Positions 18,678-29,220 are shown, counted from the stretch's first letter. The stretch: 64,000 bases of DNA from an uncultured Bdellovibrionales bacterium (GCA_964612055.1 CAZTBI010000002.1:163529-227528), one strand, 5' to 3'. Made by a program: numbers and translations. Notes: generated by a model from the letters alone, not told the origin.

Positions 18678-20426
18678 ATGGTACTGCTTCTTTTGTTCGC
18701 GTTTCTTTCGGGTGTGGTGACAATTTTTGCGCCGTGCATTTGGCCGATCCTGCCGATCATTCTTTCATCGGGAGTTTCGGGTGGTGAAAAGAAACCGCTT
18801 GGTGTGGTGACGGGACTGATGGTGAGCTTTACTATTTTTACTCTGACGCTGTCGTACATTTTGAAAGTCGTGCCGATTGATCCGGACACGCTTCGTTTGT
18901 TTGCGGTGGCTATCATCAGTCTTTTGGGATTCACACTTGTCGTGCCAGCACTCGGTCGCCTGCTCGAAGGATGGGTCAGTCGTTTGAGTAACAGTGGCGG
19001 CAGTTTGTTTCAGAAGCGTGATGGTTTCAAAGGCGGGTTCATCACTGGCTTTGCGCTCGGTGTCGTGTGGTCGCCCTGCGCGGGGCCAATTTTGGCAACG
19101 GTAGCAACGCTCGCTGCGACACAGACACTCAATCTTTCGATCATCTTGGTGACGGTTTCCTTTGTGCTCGGCGTTGGGGTGCCGCTGTTTATTCTCGCTT
19201 TTTTAGGACAACATATTTTGACTCGCACCAGAGTGCTCTCTCCGTACACCGCACGCATCCAACAAGTCTTTGGTGTGATCATGATTGCTTCGGCGGTCGC
19301 CATCTATACCGGTTACGATCAGGTGTTGCAAATAAAGTTCGCAGAATTTTGTTCAGCCAATGGTATTACGTTCCTCGATCGTTTCCAAACCAACAGTACG
19401 GTGACGACAGCATTGGAAGAACTGCGCAGTACCGATGAAACGAAAAAGAATTTTGTTCCAGCAAAAAAGAAGAGCGGAGAGAGTTTGGAGAATTACGGGG
19501 TGGCGCCGGAGTTTGTCGGTATCATGAATTGGCTCAATGTTGATCAACCACTGAAACTTTCTGATCTGCGCGGTAAAGTCGTGTTGGTTGATTTCTGGAC
19601 CTACAGTTGTATCAACTGCATCCGGACGTTTCCTTATCTCACCAGTTGGTACGAGAAGTACAAAGATCAGGGGTTGGTGATTGTCGGTGTCCACACGCCC
19701 GAGTTTGAGTTTGAGAAAAAAACGAGTAACGTGGCTGATGCGCTCACGCGTCACGGTATCACCTATCCGGTGGCACAAGATAATAACTATGCGACCTGGC
19801 AGGCCTACAGCAATCGCTATTGGCCAGCGCATTACTTGATCGACGCTGAAGGCAATGTGCGGGAGTATCATTTTGGTGAAGGAAATTACGAAGAGACCGA
19901 ACGAGCGATCCAGGAACTCTTGCGGGAAGCCGGGCAGAATGTGAACGAAGAGGTCTCATCGCTTCAGGCAGAAACAGGGAGTCGAGGACAGACACCAGAA
20001 ACATACCTCGGGTCTGATCGTATGGAGCGCTTTGCTTCGCCAGAAAAAGTAACTGGCTTGAAGCAGGTATTTACGGCGCCAGAAAATCTCGCCCTCCACA
20101 ATTTTTCTTATAGCGGGGGATGGACAGTAGAAAGAGAACGAGCCATGGCCTCTTCACAGGCCAGTCTGAAAATTCATTTCAAGGGGAAGAAAGTTTTCTT
20201 GGTGATGGCGCCGGATGTTGCTTTAGCAAAACGGACAGTTACAGTGCGATTGGATGGTCAGGTTATCGATAGCGTCTTGGCCGGGAGCGATGTCCGTGAT
20301 GGGAGGGTGACGGTCGATGAAGACCGACTTTACGAATTGGTAAATTTCCAGGGCGGTGCCGAGGAGCATGTTTTGGAGCTCTTGTTCGAATCCGGAACAG
20401 CTGTCTATGCCTTCACTTTTTCGTGA
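18678..20426 (+). CDS. dipZ: DipZ-like protein (CcdA/DsbD TM domain, TlpA thioredoxin and C-terminal domain)
   Basis: APCIWPILP, WSPCAGPIL, DFWTYSCINC, GVHTPEF, TPETYLG. Confidence 0.9.
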   Translation: MVLLLLFAFLSGVVTIFAPCIWPILPIILSSGVSGGEKKPLGVVTGLMVSFTIFTLTLSYILKVVPIDPDTLRLFAVAIISLLGFTLVVPALGRLLEGWVSRLSNSGGSLFQKRDGFKGGFITGFALGVVWSPCAGPILATVATLAATQTLNLSIILVTVSFVLGVGVPLFILAFLGQHILTRTRVLSPYTARIQQVFGVIMIASAVAIYTGYDQVLQIKFAEFCSANGITFLDRFQTNSTVTTALEELRSTDETKKNFVPAKKKSGESLENYGVAPEFVGIMNWLNVDQPLKLSDLRGKVVLVDFWTYSCINCIRTFPYLTSWYEKYKDQGLVIVGVHTPEFEFEKKTSNVADALTRHGITYPVAQDNNYATWQAYSNRYWPAHYLIDAEGNVREYHFGEGNYEETERAIQELLREAGQNVNEEVSSLQAETGSRGQTPETYLGSDRMERFASPEKVTGLKQVFTAPENLALHNFSYSGGWTVERERAMASSQASLKIHFKGKKVFLVMAPDVALAKRTVTVRLDGQVIDSVLAGSDVRDGRVTVDEDRLYELVNFQGGAEEHVLELLFESGTAVYAFTFS

Positions 20427-20503
20427 GAAAGTGGTGTTTGTAGCGAGACTGGAAAAGAGGGTCTTTCTCCGGTATACTAAGATATATCCGTAATCCCTCT
20501 TCT

Positions 20504-21199
20504 ATGAAGAAACGTTATCTTTTCCCCGTCCTCCTTTTGGGGGCACTGACCCTTTCGGGGTGTACGACACCAGAACTTCGCCAAGAAAAAGCCGTCGATG
20601 ACAATCTCGATTTCAGTAACATGAAGCAGGCAGTGCCAGAGAGTGAACAAGTTGCGGAGCCGAAAGAGACTAAACCAGTAATCACCAAAAAAATGTATTC
20701 TTACCAACCAGTGGTATCAATCGATACGACGAAAAAATATACCGCTACCATGAAGACGAGTGCTGGGGAAATGGTTGTTGCCTTGAATGCCAAGGAGACG
20801 CCCATCACCGCCAACAACTTTATTTTTCTCGCTCGGGAGAAATTCTATGACAATACGATTTTCCACCGCACCATTCCTGGTTTCATGATCCAGGGTGGCG
20901 ATCCACAAGGGACGGGTATGGGTGGTCCTGGTTACAAATTTGATGACGAGCCATTTAGCGGAAAGTATGAACGTGGCACGATCGCCATGGCCAATTCCGG
21001 ACCAGATACCAACGGCAGCCAGTTCTTCATCATGCACAAAGACTACCCCTTGCCACCAAACTATGTGATTTTCGGAAAGGTGACGAGCGGTCTCGAAGTG
21101 GTCGACAAAATCGCCGAGGCACCAACGAAGCCTGGTGGCGAAGGCTCAAGTCCGGTTACTCCGGTCACTGTCACTTCTGTGACCATTACCGAAGAATAG
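20504..21199 (+). CDS. Cyclophilin-type peptidyl-prolyl isomerase lipoprotein
   Basis: Lipobox LSGC; FHRTIPGFMIQGGDP, AMANSG, NGSQFFI. Confidence 0.93.
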   Translation: MKKRYLFPVLLLGALTLSGCTTPELRQEKAVDDNLDFSNMKQAVPESEQVAEPKETKPVITKKMYSYQPVVSIDTTKKYTATMKTSAGEMVVALNAKETPITANNFIFLAREKFYDNTIFHRTIPGFMIQGGDPQGTGMGGPGYKFDDEPFSGKYERGTIAMANSGPDTNGSQFFIMHKDYPLPPNYVIFGKVTSGLEVVDKIAEAPTKPGGEGSSPVTPVTVTSVTITEE

Positions 21200-21215
21200 A
21201 TTTGAGATAAAGATT

Positions 21216-21245
21216 AAAGCCTCTCCAGATGGAGGGGCTTTTTTT
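21216..21245 (+). terminator. Intrinsic terminator
   Basis: AAAGCCTCTCC-AGAT-GGAGGGGCTTTTTTT. Confidence 0.8.
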
Positions 21246-21332
21246 GTATGAAAAAGAAAAAACGGCTACTTCGAGGAAGTAGCCGCTTGGGCTTTGGTCT
21301 GGTTCGACCGAGGCTTAGAACTGGCGGTGAAG
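21243..21332 (-). repeat. ~90-bp direct repeat copy (terminator plus duplicated tail of the 22196 gene)
   Basis: Matches 22125-22214 except two 1-nt indels; contains CGGCTACTT-CGAGG-AAGTAGCCG hairpin. Confidence 0.95.
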
Positions 21333-21337
21333 TTTCT

Positions 21338-21544
21338 TCACTTCCGGCTGGGCATGGGGGTGCTGTAGACGATGCCGATGCCGATGAAGAGAGGCAGGAG
21401 ACCGAACTTCATCACCCAATACGCAGAGTCCTTCCAAATCGGAGCAAATGTCATGACTGCATCAGCCGCGCCGATGAGTACTGCGCCAAGGACTGCAACA
21501 CACCCTCCCTGTAGCACTCGCTTTGTATCTTTGTCCATCTTCAT
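21338..21544 (-). CDS. Small orphan membrane protein (68 aa, 2 TM)
   Basis: MKMDKDTKRVLQGG...; SD AAGGAG upstream of ATG 21544. Confidence 0.7.
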   Translation of the reverse strand: MKMDKDTKRVLQGGCVAVLGAVLIGAADAVMTFAPIWKDSAYWVMKFGLLPLFIGIGIVYSTPMPSRK

Positions 21545-21576
21545 AGCTGACTCCTTTCGAGTCGGTTGAGCTGGCT

Positions 21577-22005
21577 TTACTTTCCAGCGATGAGGTAGAT
21601 GCCGATACCGGCGAGGATGATGCCGGCAACTTGGCGGAAAGAGGGAAATGACCAGGCAATGACCGAACCGAGGAGTGTCGCGAACACCACCATCATGATG
21701 TTGATAGAGGCGACGAAGATCCAGCTCGGGATGGTCGGATCGACCGACTTGGCGCCGTAGTAGTAGACGGCGATCCCGTTCACGATCCCGACAACCATCA
21801 TGATGCCGAAGTGCCACGAATGGAAGAGCGGGCTTTTCACCATGTCATTCCAGCCAATGGCCAGGTTGCCGATCAGTGTGCCGATGAGAACGAGGATAGT
21901 CACCCACGCTGCCGGCGTACCAGAAATCTTGGCCAGAAGCGGCCAGATCACCATACCAAAGGCAATCAGGGCCGCTGAATACAGATAAGAGGGGATTGTG
22001 CTCAC
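21577..22005 (-). CDS. Small DMT/EamA-like membrane protein (about 5 TM)
   Basis: Hydrophobic 142 aa; C-terminal QVAGIILAGIGIYLI; SD GGAGG before GTG. Confidence 0.75.
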   Translation of the reverse strand: MSTIPSYLYSAALIAFGMVIWPLLAKISGTPAAWVTILVLIGTLIGNLAIGWNDMVKSPLFHSWHFGIMMVVGIVNGIAVYYYGAKSVDPTIPSWIFVASINIMMVVFATLLGSVIAWSFPSFRQVAGIILAGIGIYLIAGK

Positions 22006-22061
22006 GATTTCCTCCGAGAAGGACGAGTTGTTAAGGAGAGTTCATAGAATATGAACCTAAC

Positions 22062-22090
22062 ATGATAGCATATTTTTTATAAAAAGTCAA
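22062..22090 (-). promoter_or_regulatory. Sigma70 promoter of orphan unit
   Basis: TTGACT-17-TATCAT with TG extension; 5' hairpin GTTCAT-ATTCT-ATGAAC follows. Confidence 0.8.
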
Positions 22091-22124
22091 TAGGTGGTAG
22101 AGAGAGTACTCTTAGTAATGGTTG

Positions 22125-22214
22125 TTTGTATGAAAAAGAAAAAACGGCTACTTCGAGGAAGTAGCCGCTTGGCTTTGGTCTGGTTCGACCGAGGCTTAGA
22201 ACTGGCGGTTGAAG
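22125..22214 (-). repeat. ~90-bp direct repeat copy (native 3' end and terminator of the 22196 gene)
   Basis: Near-identical to 21243-21332. Confidence 0.95.
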
Positions 22215-22972
22215 AGGAGTCTGTCAGCCACTGACTGTCCCATGACGGCGATGTTGCCGGGCACGAGGTAGTAGTTGGTGGCCGAGCAGCTAGCCGATGC
22301 GCCCTGGCCCGGCGTGTTGACCAGGTGAACCCGGAAGCCAGCGCTGTTCTGGTCGGTCTTCGGGACGTTGATCCCGCAGGAGAACCCTTCAGCGTGGCAG
22401 GAGACGACGGTGCCGTCGGCATTGGTCGGGGGACCGTTGGGGATGCCGCGTTGGTCGACCCTGACATCCGTCTTGCCACCAGAGACCACGAGGCCTGAGA
22501 GCCACTTGGTGCCGGAGACAAAGGGTTCCCAGGAGCCGTCGAGGAAATCCTCGGGCTTGGGAGCCTGGACCGGGCCGCCGACTGCGTAGCGGTACCGGAG
22601 GGTGCTGTAGCCGACGTAGAAGTCCGCGCCGTTCTTGAAAGCCGGCGAGACGTTCAGGTCGTAAGCGCGCCACTGCAGCAACGGTGCGATGGAGCTGAAG
22701 CCCCAGACATCGTTCTTCCCTTGACCCACGTAGAGAAGGTGAGTGGGACTTTGGTTGCCCTGGCCGACACCGCGCAGCGACATCTGAACTGGCTGGTTCG
22801 GTTCGCCATCGAGACGGAGCTCGGCGGAAACCTGGCCATACAGGAAGACAACGCGGTCGGCGACGGGTGGGGCGGTGATGCCGTTCACGCAGTCGACTGC
22901 CGGGTATTGTGCCCAAGCCTGGGCAGCAGAAACGGCGACGACGATCGTGATGATGGAATGCTTGATTGCCAT
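22196..22972 (-). CDS. Orphan secreted protein (GC-rich)
   Basis: Signal peptide MAIKHSIITIVVAVSAAQAWA; SD AAGGAGG before ATG 22972. Confidence 0.78.
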   Translation of the reverse strand: MAIKHSIITIVVAVSAAQAWAQYPAVDCVNGITAPPVADRVVFLYGQVSAELRLDGEPNQPVQMSLRGVGQGNQSPTHLLYVGQGKNDVWGFSSIAPLLQWRAYDLNVSPAFKNGADFYVGYSTLRYRYAVGGPVQAPKPEDFLDGSWEPFVSGTKWLSGLVVSGGKTDVRVDQRGIPNGPPTNADGTVVSCHAEGFSCGINVPKTDQNSAGFRVHLVNTPGQGASASCSATNYYLVPGNIAVMGQSVADRLLFNRQF

Positions 22973-23067
22973 GGTGCGGCCCCTCCTTCGAGGCCTAATT
23001 TTGAAGTTGCTGGGTTGCGTCATTCCCTCTCGGGAATGGATTTCCCAGTACCGGAGGATGACATGAA

Positions 23068-23096
23068 ATACTAACAGGAAATACCATTCCTGTCAA
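23068..23096 (-). promoter_or_regulatory. Sigma70 promoter with palindromic spacer
   Basis: TTGACA-17-TAGTAT; ACAGGAA-N6-TTCCTGT inverted repeat. Confidence 0.7.
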
Positions 23097-23102
23097 GAGG
23101 CA

Positions 23103-26100
23103 TTATGCCTGTACGGGCTGCTCTTTCTCGGCAAACCAGATACGATAGATCACGGGGATAAAGAAGAGTTTGGCGACACCAGAGAAGGTAAGACCAGCGA
23201 TGATAGCGCCACCGAGTCCCTGCCAGATTGGGTCAGAGAGAGTGATCGGAATGAGACCAACGATGGTGGTGAGGGCGGTCAGGAGAATTGGTTCGAGACG
23301 GCTGGCGGCGCCTTCGCTAATGGCTTGCGAGAGCGGAAGGCCACTATCCATGTTGCGGTTGATCTTGTCGACCATGATGATCGAGTTGTTGACCACGATA
23401 CCGAAGAGAGCGAGGATACCGATCAGAGCTGGGAAGGAGAGAGGGATACCAACAAGTGAAAACATGATGAATACACCCGAGACCGCGAGCGGTACTACCA
23501 TGAGGACGATGAGTGCTTTGCGGAAAGAGTTGAACTGGATAGCCATGGTACCAAAGATGAGAATGGCCGAGAGGAGCATGGCTTTTAGGATCGATTGCAC
23601 CGACTTATTGTTTTCATCATTCACGCCACCTGTCTTCCAGCTGTAGCCCTGCGAGAGTCCGAGGGTATCGGCAAATTTTTCGAGATCGGCATTTACGGTA
23701 CTGATAGAGTAGCCGTCATTGACTCCGGCTGAAACAGAAAGAGTGCGCTTACCATCTTCGCGAGTGATGAGGGTCGGGTTTGGTTCGAGCGTCATTTCGC
23801 CTAAGGCTGAGAGCGGCAGGGTGCTCCCTGAGACAGGAATCGAGATGAGGCCGAGAGTCTCTGGGTGTTCGAGATCAGTAGTATCGCCAAAGCGGAGCAC
23901 GATGTCGAATGTACTGTCTTTCAAATGAGCATCGCTCTTGATGGTGAAGCCACTGCCTAAGGTGCGGAGAAGAAAAGCAGTGTCGTTTTCGCTCAAGCCT
24001 TGTTCGGCGAGTTTTTCTTGGTACGGGGTGAAGACGAGCTTGCTCGCACCGCTCACGATAGACGTAGAAACATTATCCACACCAGGTTGGGTATTCAGAT
24101 ATTCACTCACCTTTTTTCCGTAGTCTTGGAGTTTTGAAAGATCATCACCCAAGAGCTTGAGTTCGATGTCGCTCCCCGCTGGTGGACCACCAGAGAGTTG
24201 GCTCGCCGAAAACTCCCCCTTGTTGTAACTCCCAAATTTGTTGTTCAAATCAGAAACAATTTCCCCAGAGGAATGGGCGCGTTCTTTGGCTGGCGTCATG
24301 ATGAGCGTAAAGAGGAGATGATTCCAGTCTTTGCCGGTGACGAAGTTGTCTGTCGGAGGAGCAGCGCCAATTTCTGCCACCACGAAACGGGCTTCTTCAT
24401 AGCTTCGCAATTGTTCGAGAAGGGAGAGGGCTTCAGTCGTACTCTCGCTGATCGTTGTGTTCTTCGGGAGTTCGACACTGACGAAGATGGTGTCTTGGTT
24501 GTCTTCGGGGAAGAATTCATTGACCACGTACCCGAGCGGGACGAGAGCATACGAGAAGAGGGAAAAGATAATGAGAGCCGTGATCGTTTTGCGACGCGCG
24601 CTTTTGGAATCGAGGATGCCCGCGATGAAGCGCTCGTAGCGATGAGCCAGAGGATCGAAGTTGAAGAGTCCGTCACCAGAGAGTTCGTGAAACTTGCGGA
24701 AGAATTTGGCGAAGTGCGAAGCCTCGTACTCATGAATTTCACTGCGGAGGTACTTAGAAACTTTTGCGATCACCATGAGAATGATGAGGGCAGCAACGAA
24801 CAGTGGTAACTTCACTGGGCCAGCAGGAATGAGAATATAGAGCAATCCGGCACCACCTAAGAAGAGTAGGGTGTAGGTCAAAATGATGACACGACGTGGG
24901 AATGATCCTTTGAGGAGGAGCGCCATGAGCGGGATAACGATGAGAAGAGCGATGGCAGCAGAAATAGCGAGGGATGACGAAACCACGATCGGAATTGGTT
25001 TGATGAATTCGCCGATGATACCGGAAGCGAGAAGGAGCGGCAAAAAGGCCCAGACCGTAGTAATAGTCGTGGTGAAAATGACGGCTCGGAAGTCACGCCA
25101 TACGAGGAGAGCGACTTCATCAGGAGTGAACTTTCCTGTGCGCTCGTAGCTTGCCATGGCCGAGATGATGACGATAGCGTTGTCGACCAAGATACCGAGA
25201 GCCAAGAGAAGTGAGAAAAGGGCGATGAAGTTGATGGAGATGCCCGAAGCACTCATGACGAGGAAGGTACCCAAGAAAGTGAGGGGAATAGCGAGGGCGG
25301 CGATGACTGATTGGCGCAAACCGAAGAAGGTAAAGAGCACCACGAAGACGAGAAAAATAGTGAGTGCAAAGTCATGGAAGAGTTGATCGAAACTTTTTTT
25401 GATTTCTTTGGCGCCATCAAAAACTGGTTCGAAGACAAAGGCTTCGCCGTAGTGGCCACGGAGCGTCTCGGCAGTACTCAAGATACTGCTGACCGTTTCT
25501 GTAGCATCAGCGCTATCAGTTTTGAAAACAGAAAAGACGATACCGCGTACTGGGGCAGTATCTTGATCAGCGTAGAAACTTTCTGGAGCGTTCCGTTTTG
25601 GTTCTTCGCGAATAGTTGCGACTTCACCCAAGGAAACGGTGTTTTGTCCGAGTACCAAGGGAAGGTGACGGAGCTCTTCTACTGAGTCAGCGACGGTGGC
25701 CTGTGTGAGAGCAAAAGAAGTTTGTTCAGTGCTGACGTTCCCAGCAGGATGGCTGGTGATGGCGGTCTCTATACTTTGAGCTACTGCAAAGGGACGGATT
25801 CCTTTTTCGGTCAGAAGCTCTGGTTTCAATATGATACTAATCTCCTCTTCTTTTCGATACGAAATGTTGACCTTTTCTACACCGGGCAGGTCCTTCAACC
25901 GTTCTTCGAGAGTATCAGCAAAACGACCGAGCGTCGCTCCGTCGACTTCTCCGGAGAGGACAAAGTTTAAGACAGGCTGATCCTGGAAATCGAGCACCTG
26001 GACCTTGGGAGTCTCGGCATCTTCCGGGAGATCACTGACGCCATCTAAGGCGCTTTGGACATCGCGCTTGGCTTTTTCTGGGTCAGTACCAGAACCGAAT

Positions 26101-26435
26101 TCAATATTTAAGGTAGAGATATTTTCCTGAGAAACGGAAGAAACTTTTTCGACACCAGAAAGTCCGGTGACAGCATCTTCGAGAGGGACAGTCACGAGCT
26201 TCTCGACATCTTCTGGGCCGGCACCGGGAAAGGGTGTCGCGACAAAGACGATCGGAATCTGGATATTGGGATTGAGTTCTCGAGGCAGCGTGAAAAAAGT
26301 CGCGAGCCCAGCTCCGGTCAAGGTCAATACAATAAGGACGATAGTACGAACGTTCTTGAAGTAGGAGGCGATGAACGTTTCTTTGAGACTCGGATCAAAT
26401 GTCAGTCGATCGAGGAAAGAGGATTCTTTTTGCAT
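23103..26435 (-). CDS. RND efflux permease (AcrB/AcrD/AcrF family)
   Basis: 1110 aa; GAGPEDVE, GILVDNAIVI, GIVVNNSII, RLEPILLTALTT. Confidence 0.93.
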   Translation of the reverse strand: MQKESSFLDRLTFDPSLKETFIASYFKNVRTIVLIVLTLTGAGLATFFTLPRELNPNIQIPIVFVATPFPGAGPEDVEKLVTVPLEDAVTGLSGVEKVSSVSQENISTLNIEFGSGTDPEKAKRDVQSALDGVSDLPEDAETPKVQVLDFQDQPVLNFVLSGEVDGATLGRFADTLEERLKDLPGVEKVNISYRKEEEISIILKPELLTEKGIRPFAVAQSIETAITSHPAGNVSTEQTSFALTQATVADSVEELRHLPLVLGQNTVSLGEVATIREEPKRNAPESFYADQDTAPVRGIVFSVFKTDSADATETVSSILSTAETLRGHYGEAFVFEPVFDGAKEIKKSFDQLFHDFALTIFLVFVVLFTFFGLRQSVIAALAIPLTFLGTFLVMSASGISINFIALFSLLLALGILVDNAIVIISAMASYERTGKFTPDEVALLVWRDFRAVIFTTTITTVWAFLPLLLASGIIGEFIKPIPIVVSSSLAISAAIALLIVIPLMALLLKGSFPRRVIILTYTLLFLGGAGLLYILIPAGPVKLPLFVAALIILMVIAKVSKYLRSEIHEYEASHFAKFFRKFHELSGDGLFNFDPLAHRYERFIAGILDSKSARRKTITALIIFSLFSYALVPLGYVVNEFFPEDNQDTIFVSVELPKNTTISESTTEALSLLEQLRSYEEARFVVAEIGAAPPTDNFVTGKDWNHLLFTLIMTPAKERAHSSGEIVSDLNNKFGSYNKGEFSASQLSGGPPAGSDIELKLLGDDLSKLQDYGKKVSEYLNTQPGVDNVSTSIVSGASKLVFTPYQEKLAEQGLSENDTAFLLRTLGSGFTIKSDAHLKDSTFDIVLRFGDTTDLEHPETLGLISIPVSGSTLPLSALGEMTLEPNPTLITREDGKRTLSVSAGVNDGYSISTVNADLEKFADTLGLSQGYSWKTGGVNDENNKSVQSILKAMLLSAILIFGTMAIQFNSFRKALIVLMVVPLAVSGVFIMFSLVGIPLSFPALIGILALFGIVVNNSIIMVDKINRNMDSGLPLSQAISEGAASRLEPILLTALTTIVGLIPITLSDPIWQGLGGAIIAGLTFSGVAKLFFIPVIYRIWFAEKEQPVQA

Positions 26436-26447
26436 ATCAAGCAGGGA

Positions 26448-27599
26448 TTATTTGACCAAAGTAACGTCGTCGCCCGAGAGAATGGCACGACTCAAGATAA
26501 TACGATCACCAGTCGTGAGACCGGAACGTATTTCGGCAAAACTGCCGTAGAGATTGCCGAGAGTGACGGCCACTGAAACGGCTTTTCCGTCGCGTTCGAC
26601 GAGTACCCAGGCATCCTTGTCATCTTGGAATATGGCATCGATCGGAACGAGCGCGAGTGCTTCAGCATCTTTCTCTAGGGGAAGAGCGATCTTCAGGAAT
26701 TCACCATTGGTGATTTTGTTCTCGAGATCTTGGGAGAGAGTAAAGAGTACGGAGAAAAGTCCGTTCTCATTTTCACTTTGAGCAAAGTAGGTTGGACGGA
26801 GCATGATGACTTCGTCGCCAATCTGAAGCTTCGCTTCTTTGGTGGCATCGAATATACGAGCCGTTTTGGGATCGAGGAAAGTCTCGATGGTGGTAGCACC
26901 ACGAGTAGCACGAATCGTGGCGATGACTTGGCCAGCCGAGACGAGGTCACCACGTTTGACGGTGATACTTTGAACAATACCGGAAGCGAAAGTTTTTGGC
27001 TTGAGAACAGCGTCGCTCACTGTACTCATTTGAAGTGAGAGCGCGTTTTGTTCGAGAGTGCTTCTTCGTGTCGCACGATCTTTCTTGAGTTCACCTAAGG
27101 CGATATCTTGTTCGGTATCAGTGATACTGGAATCATGGCGCGTTTTTTTCTCTTCCAGCGCAAAAATATCCTTGTCGATGGCGGCAAGCTCCGCGGTCAG
27201 TCGGGCTGATTCCTCAGCCAGTCTTTTCCCGAGTTCGGTGCTGCCACCTTGGTAATCATTGGTGAGAGTGATGAGGGTTTGCCCAGAAACAACGTTGCGT
27301 CCTGGAGAGGTGAGGATGTTGGAAACAACACCTGGTACGAGAGCGACGATGTGAACCACGCCCTCTTTCTTTACTTTGGCAGGAACGGCGATGAAAGCAG
27401 TATCTTCTGTGGTATCAAATACAGAAGTTTCTTTGGTCTCAACAGCGGCATTTTGATTGGTTTCATCTGGAGTGCGGAGGAAATGACCCAAGGCAATCAC
27501 TCCGAAAAGGAGGACGAGCAGCCCAAAAAAGCTCGTGGCAGGATACTTCCCGAGGGCCTCAATAGATTTGGAAAACAGGCTCTTGAATCGCTCTAACAT
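26448..27599 (-). CDS. RND membrane fusion (adaptor) protein
   Basis: TM anchor, lipoyl-like halves, coiled coil, VPIDAI...EIRSGL; adjacent to the RND permease. Confidence 0.85.
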   Translation of the reverse strand: MLERFKSLFSKSIEALGKYPATSFFGLLVLLFGVIALGHFLRTPDETNQNAAVETKETSVFDTTEDTAFIAVPAKVKKEGVVHIVALVPGVVSNILTSPGRNVVSGQTLITLTNDYQGGSTELGKRLAEESARLTAELAAIDKDIFALEEKKTRHDSSITDTEQDIALGELKKDRATRRSTLEQNALSLQMSTVSDAVLKPKTFASGIVQSITVKRGDLVSAGQVIATIRATRGATTIETFLDPKTARIFDATKEAKLQIGDEVIMLRPTYFAQSENENGLFSVLFTLSQDLENKITNGEFLKIALPLEKDAEALALVPIDAIFQDDKDAWVLVERDGKAVSVAVTLGNLYGSFAEIRSGLTTGDRIILSRAILSGDDVTLVK

Positions 27600-27739
27600 A
27601 GGGAAAATGAGATAATATTGAATGTTTGATTCTAGCAGAAAGAAGCCCCCTTGTCAATCAAGATTTTCCCTTTGAACAAGGAAGTTCTGCCACTGAAATG
27701 ATAAAAAAACGTGTTACAATAGAGTGAGTAAAAGAGCGT

Positions 27740-29203
27740 ATGAATTTTTTTTATTCTCCAAATATATTTTTGCGCGGACTGCTTTTTCTTGGTGGGGTAG
27801 TATTTTTTGTTTTCCCCCTTACCACCTCAGCTGAAGCGACACTTTCTGAGGAAGCATTGGCTGACTTGGTAAAGCCCTCCGTCGTGCGTATTGCGGAACA
27901 CGTGACCGGCACTGCCAAGATCCCTGCGGTCAAGGTCGATATCAGACAGCGACTGGTCGCTGTTATCCCGGATCAATTCACCGAGGTACCTATAGATGAG
28001 TATCTTTCTGGAACCGGATTTATTATTCATCCCGATGGCTATATCGCGACCAATGCTCATGTCGTGTCACTGGAAACTATCAAGGCAACGCTTGCCTCGG
28101 AGAGCGCCCTCTCAGCTATTTTCGAGAATGCTCTTTTGATGAGTGATCAGGAGATGGAGGAGTTCTTGAGCCAAGAGGAGAGCGGAAAGTTTAGCAAAGA
28201 AATCGTTCACTACATCATCGATAATGGCACATTTGATCTCAAGCACGAGCTGGCGGTACTTCGTCCTGATGCCGCAGGATCAAACATGGAAAAACTTATC
28301 GCCTCCGGATTTCCAGCGGAAGTGGTCTCGGTCAATGAAAATTTTCTTGATGATGAACGAGACATAGCGCTTTTGAAGATACAAGAAACCAATCTTCCGG
28401 CACTTTCACTGGGAACGTCGAGCGAGTTTTCGGTTGGAAAAAAAGTGTTCATATTTGGTTTCCCAGCCACAGCAGAAATCAATGAGAAAAATCCGGGAGA
28501 GGCCACTTTTACCCGGGGCATCGTCAGTGCTATCAGACAGTCACTGGATGGGAAACTGAAAATTTTTCAGACAGATGCCAAGGTATCACAGGGATCAAGC
28601 GGTGGACCACTTTTCAATGAGCGCGGTGAAGTGCTTGGTATCATTACTTTTCAGACGGATGAGCTCTCGCGCACGGCCGGAGATAACTTCGCCTTTGCCT
28701 TGCCAGTTGATATCGTGAAAGAGCAGGCACTAGACGGTCGTATCCTCCCAGAAGAGGGAGTGTACGGACAAGCCTTTAAAACTGCATTTGCAGCTTTTAC
28801 TGACAAGCACTGTGATACGGCGCTCTCCTATTTCAACAAAACCAAAGAAACTAATCAGGCTTTTCTCCCGGGACGTTATGTGGAACCATATGAGGCGCAG
28901 TGTGAAGAGTGGCAGTCACAGGGACAGTCACGTGATACCTATTGGGACGAGTTTCGTGATGGCGTGAGCACGCTTAGTAATCCGCTCCTCTATATTATAG
29001 GTGGCGTACTCCTTTCTTTTGGTCTTTTGGGAGTGATGATGTTTTGGCTCTTGCGCCAGCTCCGTCGCGAAGAGAAAGAAATCGATACTTTAGAGGATCG
29101 CTTACGGGTTGATGAGCAGAAGCTGAAGTACCACGAGATGATGGCTTCAGGAGAAGAAATGGCTCCAAAGAAACAGAGTCCTTCTCCAAGAAAAAGGATC
29201 TAG
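27740..29203 (+). CDS. Trypsin-like (S1C) serine protease, membrane-anchored
   Basis: TNAHVV, DIALL, GSSGGP catalytic triad; C-terminal TM. Confidence 0.9.
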   Translation: MNFFYSPNIFLRGLLFLGGVVFFVFPLTTSAEATLSEEALADLVKPSVVRIAEHVTGTAKIPAVKVDIRQRLVAVIPDQFTEVPIDEYLSGTGFIIHPDGYIATNAHVVSLETIKATLASESALSAIFENALLMSDQEMEEFLSQEESGKFSKEIVHYIIDNGTFDLKHELAVLRPDAAGSNMEKLIASGFPAEVVSVNENFLDDERDIALLKIQETNLPALSLGTSSEFSVGKKVFIFGFPATAEINEKNPGEATFTRGIVSAIRQSLDGKLKIFQTDAKVSQGSSGGPLFNERGEVLGIITFQTDELSRTAGDNFAFALPVDIVKEQALDGRILPEEGVYGQAFKTAFAAFTDKHCDTALSYFNKTKETNQAFLPGRYVEPYEAQCEEWQSQGQSRDTYWDEFRDGVSTLSNPLLYIIGGVLLSFGLLGVMMFWLLRQLRREEKEIDTLEDRLRVDEQKLKYHEMMASGEEMAPKKQSPSPRKRI

Positions 29204-29220
29204 CATTCACAAAAACAAAC

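Noticed and set aside
21545-21817. N-terminal extension of the 21338-21817 ORF
   Set aside because: Overlaps the 21577-22005 gene in another frame; the SD supports the start at 21544
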